Source: Callorhinchus milii (Eukaryota). From it: a DNA stretch of 64,000 nt. Positions 1 to 11,270 of the stretch are shown piece by piece. A model generated the notes under the pieces. That model did not search any database, had not been told where the DNA came from, and was given only the letters and a program-made list of their open reading frames with translations. The position numbers were made by a program, and so were the translations under genes. The stretch spans positions 50,406,001-50,470,000 of the forward strand of contig NW_024704744.1 of the NCBI RefSeq assembly GCF_018977255.1, read 5' to 3'. Position 1 is the stretch's first letter, and each line of letters opens with the position of its first letter.

Positions 1-998
1 TATCCCCTTTATCTTACTAATGGCTATGTCCCTTTTTTCTACTGCCATGATTTTAGCCCTAATAAGTACAGCTACTCCACCGTCCTTTTTCCTGTCTCTA
101 TCCTTTCTAAATATTTTATACCCTGCAATTTTTATTTGCCAGTCCTGTTCTTTCTGTAGCCATGTTTAGGTAATCCCTACTATATCTGGTTCCTCACTAC
201 AAATTATTGCCTCCAGTTCTCCTGTTTTATTTCAGATGCTGTGTACATTGCTATACAGACAGTTTAATTTGGTTTTATTAGTTGTTCCTCTCACTTTATT
301 TTTGACAGTCTTCTTATACTTCTGTTCTATAATTGTATTAATTTCTTGACCATTTATGTTCTTTATTCCTTAGTTTCTGTCTGACCTATACTCTCATCTC
401 CTATTTCCTTTATATTTGGGCTTATGTAATTTCCTTCTGATCCCTTCCCCTTTTTACTAGTTTGAAGCCTTTGCCACAGCCCTATTTACCCTTTCCACAA
501 GGACTCTGGTCCTATTCCGGTTCAGATGGAGCCTGCCCCATTGGTACAACTCCTTCCTGTCCCAGTACTGGTGCCAGTGTCCCATGAAATGGAACCCTTG
601 TTTCCCACACCAATCTTTCAGCCATGTGTTAACTTTCCTAATTGGTTTTTCCCTACTCCAATTTGCAAGTGACTCGGGTAATAATCCGGAGATGATTATT
701 GAGGTCCTGTCGTTTAATTTCGCTCCTAACTCCTGAAACTCCCTCTACAAGACTTCCTTCCCCATTCTTACCTATGTTGTTTGTCCCAACATGGACCATG
801 ACAACTGGATCTGCCCCATCCCTTTCCAAATTCCTCTACAGCCTCCACGAGATATCCCTTACCCTGGGCCCAGGCAGGCAACACACTTTTTGGGACACTC
901 ATTCTCAGACATTTCCTGCAGACGTGACAGTCCGGGACAGTCTCACAGTCCACAAACTCCCACATGCTGCATTCCCGACACACTGCCTGTGCTGTCAT
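1..998 (-). mobile_element. CR1-clade LINE 5' part: ORF1 (zinc finger + SGNH esterase) and start of ORF2 APE endonuclease, degenerate, runs off the window
   Basis: Minus-strand translation: ORF1 MTAQAVCRECSMW..HVCRKC (CxxC..CxxC), VCCLPGPRVRDI, VVMVHVGTNNIG, VNTWLKDWCGKQGFHFMGHW..RLHLN. ORF2 (270->1) CLYSNVHSI*NKTGELE..DIVGIT*TW..GYKIFRKDR..GGVAV. In-frame stops present. Confidence 0.9.
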
Positions 999-1426
999 TT
1001 TTATTCATTTTATTAGTTATTTATGTAGTTCACTTAGCACCTCCTTCCCCCTTTGCACCTAATTCTCACTCTCACCCAATTCCTTCTCACTCTGACTCCA
1101 GGTCACTCCATTGGGTTCTGTTTCTACCTTTCAGCCTCTCCTCTGTCAGGTATTATCAATGAGATCTTTCACCTGTAACACAGTCAGCGGCTAGATTTAC
1201 ATCTTCAAAGAGAATGTCAGCCTCCTTGCTCTCAGGAGGAGGACTATTATGCAGCCGACATCGATGCTGAGGAGCCAGGATTGAGAGAGATATGGTAAAA
1301 TGAGGCCATTGATCTTCTCTTCCTTTCCAAATCCCCGGCTCCCACACAATAGTCTGCCTCTACAGCAAAAAGTACAGCTGCACGTCAAAACTCAGAGGCC
1401 AAGTTAGATAATGGAAGAGTGGCATA

Positions 1427-1815
1427 ACAATTTACATTTATATAACACTTTTAACATCAGGAGGACAACTCAAAGCACATCACACAAGTGACAGGGGGCC
1501 TGAGCTGGGTACATGGTGGAAGAACTGAGGGGAGGTTAAGGTGGCCGAAAGCTCAGTTGAAGAGAAGGGTTTTGAAGGCAGAGAGTGAGCAGGTGAAGCA
1601 GAAGGGATGAGTTTCAGTGGGTGTAAAATTTTAGAACTCATTCAGACAGTTGGGTCAGTGCAACAGTGATCCTGGAATCAAGCAAAGAGGCAGAGAGAGA
1701 GAGTTGGGAATCATCCATGTACATGTGGAAGTGGACTCTGTGTATAGATGATGTCACCATTGTCACTGCAAGCACTGGAGAGATGCAGAGGAAGGAGAGA
1801 TGGAAGAGGGAAGTG
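1427..1815 (-). mobile_element. L2 LINE fragments (3' tail joined to an RT fragment)
   Basis: L2-type tail at 1427-1620 resembling other copies in the window; ORF 1638..1964 contains HFHMYMDDSQL (YADD motif relic). Confidence 0.75.
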
Positions 1816-2479
1816 TAGCATTGTGAGGCACCTTGTAGCAAGGTTTCTGCCCCCAGTAAAATTATGGAATGTTTTCCCATTAACTCCACAAATTTCATCA
1901 ATCGTCTTGATTTAGAGAAGTACTGTCCTGTGCAGAATTTAGGAGTCCTTATGCATTCATTCATACTGAGGTGTATATGTTTGGAGGGGATATTTGTTAG
2001 TGGTGTATTGGAAAGACATGAAAGGAGGTGGAGATGTTTCCTTTACAAATACCGAATGTTTTATGTATGATTTCTGTTCCTATGCAGTGTCTGAATGAAA
2101 CAAAATGAACCTGAGATGCACAAAGCTTGTTTTTGCTTTGCTTGCCCTGCTTTCATCCTTTAATCATGCATTGCACAGAGGAGCTATTTGTGAAAATGAA
2201 ACTGCTGATGTATTGCCTTAAAAATAAACTACTATGCAGCGGAGGTGGAGTAAAACCATGGATTATATGAGGAAGTGAGAGTTGTGGACGTACCAAAATT
2301 AAATAGTGAGGTCAGAAAACACGAAATGATAAAAATATAAGAAATTGAAATGTTGGAGGTAAAAAAAGGACAGAATTCAATACAAATCCAATGCCAAAGA
2401 CTGATTAAAAATCTTGGAGAGTGAAGGCTGGATGTACCAAGAAATAAACACAAATAAAAGCCAGCAAGTAGCAAAACAC

Positions 2480-2590
2480 AAATTGGCCTACAAAGTACAC
2501 AGTCACTGTATTTTACGGTAAATCCTCTGAAGTTCTTTAAAACACATTCCTGACATGAAAGTCGCAAACTCAAATGCAAGGATTATTATT
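2480..2590 (+). mobile_element. SINE 3' tail fragment
   Basis: Ends in caaatgcaaggattattatt, the tail shared by many SINE copies here. Confidence 0.65.
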
Positions 2591-2739
2591 AATTAAATAG
2601 AATAGACTGTCTGTGAGGTCGGAGGTCTTGTGAAAACGTAAGATTGATCTATGATGAAAAGGTGAAAATCAAAAGAGAGATTTAGGCGAAAAATATTCTA
2701 AAAGTCCTACCCTATCTTTCCACAACAGCATCAAGTTTT

Positions 2740-2970
2740 TTTTAATAAGTCCAGCATCCTGGTCTCTAGCAACTTTCCTTTTATCCCTCTGTGTAAATAA
2801 TTATTTTCCAAGGTCTGTCCTAAAATTCATGACTTGGTGCTTTCTTGCCCTTCTGCCTTGATATATCTGAAAGTGTTGTCCTGGGTTTACTTTTTCTATC
2901 CAGTTAACCATTTTACATACCTCTATAAATTTTCTTTGTGAAGGCCCTTTTGAAGGCTGAAAACTATCAG
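2740..2970 (-). mobile_element. CR1 ORF2 C-terminal fragment
   Basis: FIEVCKMVNWIEKVNP..F..GRRARKHQ..FRTD resembles the CR1 C-terminal DLIEVYK..RTRGH region. Confidence 0.65.
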
Positions 2971-4049
2971 TGGGGAAACGTTCCAATGAGCGTTAAGCTC
3001 AGTGCCTTTGGTGATGTGCGATTATAAAGGGAAATCCCATAAGTATTCGACATTGGCAAGGTGATGCATGTAACTCTTACTGGAATTTTTCCCTGTTGTT
3101 GACTCAGTTGTTTGGTTCAAAAGTACAGAGAGTAGTGAAGTTAAGGTGTGGACAGAAAAGACTAGCTTACCTGCTTAGCCAAATTTTAAGTTAGGAACCC
3201 GTGAACAGAGAAAACAAAGTCATTTTTTTTTAAAGCTTGTTACCTTAATAAGGCAGAAAGACATCATTTTGCATTGGTTCAACAAACATAGTTACATTCA
3301 GCAGGGTTACGACCACAATATCGGCAGTTATGCTGACGTATCGTAATGTCACTACTGTAATGACAATATCAAAATTCATAAGTTTATAAGCGATAGGTGA
3401 ACATCTCTTGTTTCTCTTTTTGCTGTAACACTGATAATAGTGGGTGTTGAATCAAAAAATAAAGTTGAATTTCTAGCAGATGTATTGCAGCTGCATTCTC
3501 ATATCGTTGCCATCTATTCTTCTCTTTTGCTTTTTTTCCAACGTTGCAGGAATTGCTGGAACTGAAACAGTCAAGGTTGAGTGACTTGAACTGTAGAAAA
3601 CAGTAGGAAAGCGAAAGTTGTACTTGCTCTCACCAGCTCAGATCGAACACCAGGCATGCCCAACTCTGACTGAACAAAGTATAGCTTAGCTATACCTCTT
3701 TTATCATTGTTCTTTTTTAAACATCAGGTTGATCCATGCAAATCTGCACATTCTCACTGACCTAATAGTTGTTTACTGGCTGAGAGCAACTTACAACTTA
3801 ATTCACCAACAACTTAATTCTTCAAGGCACACATACTGTCATTTTCCCATAACATTTTGTCTAGAGTTATACCAACCCTATTCCCTGCTACATAAATCAC
3901 TCTTAGATACGAATTCTACAATTTAACACAATTTAATTAGGCTTATAGTTTCTACAAGTCATTTTAATACTAGCCAGCATAAACATTCTTAACTGAACTC
4001 AAACAATATTTTAAGCAATACTATATTTTTGATCACAGCACAGTGTTCC

Positions 4050-4760
4050 TCATCTGTCTAACACTGGGGATCAGCCTTGTTGCTCTCTTCTTTGATGTTT
4101 GGGCAGTGCCCTTATGCCGCAGAAACCAGAACAATATTTAGTACTTTAGGTGTGGCTAAACCAGAGAACTGTAAAACTTGAGCATTACTTGTGAGGATCT
4201 GAAATCAACTGATTTAGCAATATAGCCCACATCCTGTTCTGTTTGTTTATTGCTGTGTCACACTGATTGGTGATTAGCAAGACAACCAACACTCCAGGTT
4301 TCTTTCAACTTTCCTGTTGTCAAGTTCGGTTCAGTCCACAAAGTACATGTGTCTGCTGCTATTTTTACTTCCAATATGACATGCAGGACCACCCCAAATA
4401 GAATACACCTCAGTTGAGCGCAGGTTCCCTTTGCGTGTACTGGGGGCCCACAGTATGCCGTCCTCCAGCACTGACTAGCCAGCTTTACACCCTGAAAGAT
4501 TGACCAACTTCCGTGTCATCAGGTTGCCTCTGATGTCACTTCTTGTGTGTTATGCCTGAGAATCCCAGTGCAAACACTCCTCTATTTTGATCTAGCTTCC
4601 CTAAGGTTACCTTCTTCTTCATTTCTTTTAGCCAGGTACTAATCCATACGCACATCTTATCCAAAGGAATTTCTCATGCAGGACTTTATCAAAGACCTTT
4701 TGGATGTTTATGTATACTATGCCATACAGCTTCCAACTCTGAAATTGAGATAGCATCTTC
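4050..4760 (-). mobile_element. Old CR1 RT fragments
   Basis: Minus strand near 4680-4730 reads GIVYINIQKVFDKVLH (CR1 RT motif VYLDFQKAFDKVPH). Confidence 0.65.
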
Positions 4761-5119
4761 TCAGAAAAGGTCTTTCAAATCCGTGATAGATGTCATTTAT
4801 TTAGTTATTTTCGGTTGATACTCTTTCATTTTATATAAATAAATTTTCCATGCTAAATTTGCTATAGTTGTAAGTTGTGAACATGGATACAATATTTGCT
4901 TATTTTAACAGAGTCTAACAGACCTTCTCAGAGGTGACTGCCTCAAAATGACTATTGGCTTGAAATTCAAAAATGAATGTCACTTGGCTCAGTTGGTAGA
5001 CCACACAAACCTCTTATACACCAGGGTACAGTTTTTCGCTTTTCGATTTATCTGCTTTGAATCACTTAAATTCTATGCTTCACTAATGGCCTTTGTAAGA
5101 TGTGTAAATGAAGTGATTC

Positions 5120-5380
5120 AATAATAATACTTGTATTTCATATAATGCTTCATCATGTCAAAGATTTGCAGATTAATTCACACCAATGTCCTACTAACTG
5201 CCATGAGTGAATTACCATATTTTTTATCTGGAGGAATTTTGGTCAGGACACCAGGAGAAACTCCCTTCTCTTTTCGAGGAGTGTTCTGTATTACATGATT
5301 CAATGTCCCAATATGGGATTTGATACCCCAACCTTCTGACTTAGAGGCAAGAATGCTACCAACTGAACCAGGGTATCAGT
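5120..5380 (-). mobile_element. Deu-domain SINE relic
   Basis: ggtcaggacaccaggagaaactcccttctctttt and aaccttctgacttagaggcaagaatgctacc match the reverse of the copies at 21975 and 31290. Confidence 0.7.
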
Positions 5381-6689
5381 CATTTGTGAATTTCATGCTA
5401 ATCTACAGTCTAAAATAAAAGACCAGTGAAGAAATCTCACAGGGGAAAAAAGCCTAGTTATTTTTCTCAACGGGCTGCTTCAGATGTCTCTGATTTAGAA
5501 TTCTCAAGCTGTGAATTTCACTGTGATTCACAAACGGCAAGTCCCAAACCTGAAATTCCAATAAATATAACAAATCCAGTTTAGGAATATTGTCAAATAG
5601 AACTCAATATTAAAGTCTCAGAGCTCGTATTGCATATATTGGATGTCAGGGAGCCCGAACAGAGGAGCCCGAGAATGTGGCTACATCAATATTAACACTT
5701 GCTGTAAATCAGGAATTGTTCCCAATCTATTTCATTACTCTTATGCATTAATGGGTTCTTCACATGCAGTATGACACTGTAAATTTAACTTTACTACTAA
5801 AAATTCTGGATGTTCAGGATTGGGTTTGACATCTCTGGAGGGCAACTTTATTACCGTACTCATTAACATTCACACCCTGGGCTCCAGTTTAATGTAATCA
5901 CTGACTATGAATATGTGGGCAAATCCCAGCAACAGGGATCCATGAAGACTGAGCATTGGAAATCTGACCTCCCAATTTGTCAAATCTGAGATGACTGTGA
6001 TTGCAAAATTTCCCTGAAATCTATTAAAATGCAGCATTGGTACTCCTCAACTAAATTAGGCCGCCTACCTTTGTGAGTATTTCTACCCTTTGTGAATCCA
6101 CTTAAAAAGATACAGCAGATAGATTTACTGTTTAGTAATTTATCTCCAAAATATATATCAATAAAGTAATCTGTGGTGTTTTATTCCCACACATTCCACT
6201 AACCTGCAACTCACTACCTGTAACATTTGAAGTTACAGAAATGCTTTTTGATCTTTCTGTATCTTTTTTGCTGCCAACTCCAAATTTTTTGCTTGATCGT
6301 TTTTTTGCAACTTATCCTTTATTATGAGCAAAATTAAAGAATGACAATTTTGAAGAATGTCTGGAAAAGGTACATTAATGTGAACCTCAATTTATTAACT
6401 ACCACAGGGCCTAATAGAGTAAGTATTTAATGTGATAGCTATTACGCTTGTCCCTTGGATGTCAGGACCTTCTGCTTTGTGACCCTATCCTGGTGAGTGC
6501 TCCAGGGAGGTTAAAACAGTAGCATATTTATATGCTGAATAAGTCTCTCTAAAGAGGTAGGAAATAAAGAACTCTGAATAGTCGTATCTGCAACTAGTCC
6601 TGAAAGTTCTGCATTCGTATCAGAGGTGGCTGGTGCTCTTGTCGCTGTGGACTCAATGCTCTCAGACACAGAATCTAATGACACTTGTT

Positions 6690-7028
6690 AATAATAATAA
6701 TAATCCTTACATTTAATATAATGTCTTATCACATCTTTGAGATGTTGGAAAGCGCTTCAAAGAATGTACTGAAAAGTGAATTGACTGTATATTTTGTGGG
6801 CGAAATATAGCAGCCAATTGCACACAGCAGTGTCCCACAAACATGTCATGGGTTGAGTGACCAAATTATTATTTATTTAGTGTTTGAAGGGATTATTACC
6901 CCCGTAAAAGCGATCTGCCAATCAACTAACAACCAGGTTCCTACTTCCTGCTAGGTAAACAGAAGCGGGTCAAGTAAAGACCTTTTCGCTTGTAAGGCAA
7001 GCGCTCTAACCAATATGCTACAGGACTC
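6690..7028 (-). mobile_element. tRNA-headed SINE, long variant, partly deleted
   Basis: (aat)n tail, body shared with the 58468 copy including aaccaggttcctact..ctgctaggtaaacag, and tRNA head relic gctacaggactc. Confidence 0.85.
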
Positions 7029-7039
7029 TATGTTCTGGT

Positions 7040-7235
7040 CTATGTCACGTTAATGGAGGTGCTGCTGTCACAAGTGTCAATTTGTGCTGCTTCCCACACA
7101 CCACCAGTTGAGGGCATCTATGTTCGCTTACACACAGTAACTACACTTTACAGTAAAACTCCTCTGAAGAGCTGTGAGATGTTTCAAGGCCAAGATAAAG
7201 CACCAAATCAAATGCCGGAATTATTATTATTATCA
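7040..7235 (+). mobile_element. SINE relic (Deu-like body and tail)
   Basis: gaggtgctg..; tail ctgaagagctgtgagatg..tcaaatgccggaattattatt. Confidence 0.55.
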
Positions 7236-8589
7236 TTCACAATCTGAACGCCCCTTCAGAAGTCAGCACACAGCAATTTCAGACAATATTCGTTGGTTTT
7301 ATACATGAGCAAAACCACCCAATGTTAGTTTGGTCCAGGACCCTATAAAGCACAATGAAAATACTCTCTGATTGGGAACATTAGCGTTGGCCACTTGAGT
7401 AAACAATGTTGCCAGTGACTTCAGCCAACTTCAGGCTCAACTATTCTGCTAAAATGGTATGTGTAGCGAGGGGGTTCACACTCGAAACTAGTTGATAATT
7501 ATCAATGGAAATTCTGATGATTTTGCAGTGTGGTAAGAAATTGTTATGAAACAATGCACTTTTCACCCCATCACACAGATGGTTGCAAAATGGCCCCTGA
7601 TCAGAAAAATCTTGAATCAGGAGTATTGATTTTAATATGCCGCTCCAGACGGTGGCTTAAAACGCATTTTAAAAGTTTAAAAATATATATGTTGAAAAGC
7701 TATTCTCCCGGCTAGGGTCAGTTCTGAAAAAGCTGAAAAGATAAACAAATCTTCAGATTCATGGAGAAAGTAGAGCCCAGCAACAGGCCATTCAGTCCAT
7801 CCAGCCCTACAACTGTCTTTAGAGATACGTCAAGATCAACTGCATATCGTGTCCTCATCACATGCAATATATTTTGCCCTGTAGTTCTAAAAATTTGATT
7901 CTGAACATTTGTAAAAATGTGCATGTGGTGGTTTTTGTGTTGATCTGCAATTCACAAACACCAGAAAAACATGTCTGCAGAAACCCACACATTTCCACAT
8001 ATTGCCTCAAAAGGGGTGTGTTATCACACAAGGTAAAATGCTGATATTGTTCATGAGCGTCGTAGGCATACCTGTAATCAGTCATCTTTTAAACCAAAAA
8101 GAATGTAGTATCAAGAGAATCAAACTTTAGTGTCTGAGCCACAATTTAAAAGATTTGGCCTCAATTCGCATAAACTGCACTGAAACTAAGATTACAACTG
8201 TAGGGGAAAGATATGTTTATTCACATAATAAATGTGTCTAGGTGAAAAACAGAAAGCCACATTAAAACCCCAAAACCCCATCAATGTGTTATCCTCACAC
8301 CTATAACAGAGTTTAACTGCAAGCTAATAAAAACACACCCAAGTAACGCCCACCAGCAGCTAAAAATGAAACTATAAACTACTAGCTCTGACCATTTTTT
8401 TNAAGAAAATATGATTTTTTTATTATAACCTCCAATGTTAGTTCTTGGGCTCAGAAGGTAACTCTCTGACCATTAGTAAATGTAATGGGTTTTGTAGTAT
8501 GAGCTTCATCGTTAAAAATCCCATTACGATTGAACACACTGAAGGTCAGTAACTTTACTGATAATATAGTATACAATAGTATACAATAT

Positions 8590-9180
8590 ACATTCATACA
8601 GTGAATTTCATATTAGGGGTCACCTCAAAATGCTTTGTAGTGCTGGATGGGTACCAAGCTGGGGATAGGAACCGAGGAAGGTGGGAGGGGAAAGATGACT
8701 GAAAGTGCATTCGAAGAGGTACATTTTGACTTCCATCTTGAACAAGGGGAGGGAAGAGCAGAGGGAGTTGGAGGTACTCCAGGATGCAGTTCAAGAGAGC
8801 AGGGGCAACGTGATTGAAAGCCTGCCCGCCAATGATGGGGCGGATAGAGTGTAGGGGATAGGGTGGGCGGGATAAGGGTGGGGGGGACATGAAGCAAGTC
8901 ATTGTTCGTTGATTGAAGGGAGTAGCCAAATAGTGCAGTTGGAGGAGGTCACAGAGGTAGGGTCAGACAAGACTTTTTGAATGTGAAAACAACAATGTTG
9001 AAATTGATGGACTGGGGTATGGTACAGCTAAGTGAGGGTGATAGACTTGTGATGCCTGGTGTAGAAAAGACATGAGGTGCAGATAGGTTGTAGCTGGTGT
9101 AGGGAAGCTGAGTAATTTAGAGGCTCAGGTGACCAGCATTGACAAAGGTCTTACAGAAGGCCTCTTCCTTAGTCAGAGCT
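8590..9180 (-). mobile_element. L2 LINE 3' fragment
   Basis: PIIGGQAFNHVAPALLNCI and RWKSKCTSS/FKxxLKTxLF-like relics; L2 3' tail. Confidence 0.75.
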
Positions 9181-9719
9181 GAGGTACTACAGACAAAAAG
9201 GAGGAGAGTAAATGTACTCTGACATTGAAAAGGAAATACAATGTACTCTATTTAAGAGAAAGTTTTCTCTGTGTATACATTTCTTTCACATTGAATTGTA
9301 TGCCAATACATTTTTATGAAGTTTTACTTACCTAACATTTATTTTCAGCTGAAGTGAAACTTCAGGAATCTGAATGTTACTCTTGTCTATTTGTCTTGAA
9401 GTTTGACCCATTCATTATCCACTAAAAATGGCCCGTAGTCACAATGCAAAAGCTGGGGATAAAGGTAGCTGAGAATAAACACAAAGGCAAATCTTTAATT
9501 TGTACTACACATACATGGGGAATTAGGGGATTCCTTTTATTTTGGCTAGCAGGCCATTGAAATATGTTCACTTGTTATTTAGAATCTTAAGCTTAAGGTA
9601 CAAAGTCATAGAGCAATTGAGATTGAGAAAATAAACCCAGTACAATACTTTTGGTTGCACCAAGACAGTAGAACAAGTCACACAAGTTTAGAGTGCTTAA
9701 CATTGGAGTTGTCAAGCTT

Positions 9720-9790
9720 TGCCACTGTTAAGCGCTTTGAGACACTACCCCGTGTGAAGGGAGGTATATAAATGCAAGTTGCTGCTGTTG
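9720..9790 (+). mobile_element. L2-type 3' tail, second subfamily
   Basis: gccactgttaagcgctttgagacactacc..aatgcaagttgctgctgttg, near-identical to 25057-25125. Confidence 0.7.
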
Positions 9791-9794
9791 AGTT

Positions 9795-9960
9795 GCAAAG
9801 GGCAATTTCAGAACAGACAACAGAAAGTATTTCTTTACCTAGAGAGTATTTAATGACTGGAACAGGTTACTAGGAAGAGTGGTTGAAGCTAGAACTCAGG
9901 ACTCATTTTAAAAAAATGTTTGCTGCTGTGATGGGAGGTTAGTTATTCTCGAAAGAAGAA
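9795..9960 (+). mobile_element. CR1 3' fragment
   Basis: Translates KGNFRTDNRKYFFT*RVFNDWNRL (CR1 C-terminal FFTQRVxxxWNxL). Confidence 0.75.
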
Positions 9961-10466
9961 ATCAAATGAACCAATCTTGTGATCTCATGTAAATTAATGG
10001 TGCCACAAATTTTCAATTTTTCAGCCAATCATAATTATTTTGAAGTTTAATGCAATCCATTATAAAACTTTAATTTCCATTAGCTAATCTCTGAAACAAG
10101 GTTTCTAAAATAGGCGCATGATAGGCCCTATTGTACTTGTGCTTATGTGATTGTAACACAATCTGGTTATTCAGTGTAACCCAAGTATTATAAATCACAT
10201 TTATTATGTATCATTCTGAACAATGCTACATGACAAAAACACACCAGAAAAGCATACTGTCACTTTTGTGTCGTTCAGACACTCTTTTCTGAAGAACAAT
10301 CATCAAGTAATTAAAAATTCTTTTCATTCACTTGATGGTTGTGCAAGTCTCTTGGCAATGCCAACATATCACATCCTGGAGCATACTGCTGAACTTCCTC
10401 ATACTCTGGTTCCATTGTACATATAGATTCTTCAACAAGTTAAAGTAGCAGATTCCCCTATGATAT

Positions 10467-10786
10467 GGAGTCCTGTAGCTCAGTAGTTAGAGCACTCGCT
10501 TTGCAAGTGAGAGACCTGAATTCAATTCCAGGCAGAGGGCGAAACCTTGGTCAAGTTTCCTTACTCCACACGCCTAATAATAATCCCTCCAAAACGAAAA
10601 ACAATAATAAAAATTGGTCATTTTCAATCCACGACTGTTTGTGGGACATTGCTGTGCGCAATTGGCTGCCGCGTTCGCCCACAAATATACAGTCAATTCA
10701 CTTTACAGTGTGTTCTGTGAAGCGCCTTGGGACATCCTCCCGATGTGAAAAAGCGCTATATCAAATGCAAGGATTATTATTATTAT
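10467..10786 (+). mobile_element. Full-length young tRNA(Ala)-derived SINE with L2-type tail, short variant
   Basis: A-box tagctcagtag, anticodon arm ctcgc-tttgcaa-gtgag (UGC), B-box-like aattcaattcc, tail gcgctatatcaaatgcaagg(att)n; close copy at 18239-18556. Confidence 0.9.
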
Positions 10787-10904
10787 ATCAGATAATGTAA
10801 CATACAGCAAAGATAGTGTACATGTCCCCTGGGTTTATAATCATCAATATTTCCATCTTTGTTTCAGTACTCCACATGTACACTTAACCAGCCTTGTTCC
10901 TTTA

Positions 10905-11050
10905 TCCTTTCAGTTCTGACGAAGGGTCATGGACCCGAAACGTTGACTCACTTTCCTTTCTCGATAGATGCTGCCTGATCTGCTGAGTGTTTCCAGTGAC
11001 TTCTGTTTTTGTTTCAGATTTCCAGCATTTGCAGTGTTTTGCATTTTGTT
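10905..11050 (+). mobile_element. Penelope-like (PLE) terminal-repeat fragment carrying a hammerhead ribozyme motif
   Basis: ctgacgaagggtcatggacccgaaacgttgact..gatgctgcctgatctgctgagtgtttccag; minimal hammerheads are known from PLE repeats; related inverted relic at 60420-60540. Confidence 0.75.
10912..10948 (+). ncRNA. Minimal type I hammerhead ribozyme motif
   Basis: Stem I agtt(10912-15)/gact(10945-48); CUGACGA 10916-22; stem II gggtc/gaccc with atg loop; GAAA 10937-40; palindromic ACGU stem III; GUU cleavage triplet. Confidence 0.75.
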
Positions 11051-11109
11051 CTTTTATCTGTCCCCCTAAAAGTATATCCTACTTCATTTTTCAGGGTTGA
11101 AAATGTTTC

Positions 11110-11270
11110 TTGACATATCATATTCTCGTCCTTACCTTCAAGGCCCTTCATGGCCTTTTCCCCTCCTACCTCTCCAACCTGCTAACATCTTATCAATCTG
11201 TCCACTCCCTCCACTCCATCCATTCAGCAGGCTCCAGCCTGCTTCATGTCCCCCGCCCGGCCCACCCCAC
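11110..11270 (+). mobile_element. Host L2 3' fragment, left half (continues at 14148)
   Basis: ILVLTFKALHGLFPSYLSNLL..AGSSLLHVPRPAHP; interrupted at cccaccccac. Confidence 0.85.

Noticed and set aside
3520-3605. Strong + strand splice acceptor at 3549 (similar ones at ~9348, ~50182, ~56832)
   Set aside because: No convincing paired donor or recognisable peptide; such sites occur by chance in 64 kb.
10467-10540. tRNA-Ala(UGC)-like genes (also 18490-18556, 45591-45660, 58468-58535)
   Set aside because: These are SINE heads: no complete acceptor stem, and each continues into SINE body and tail.
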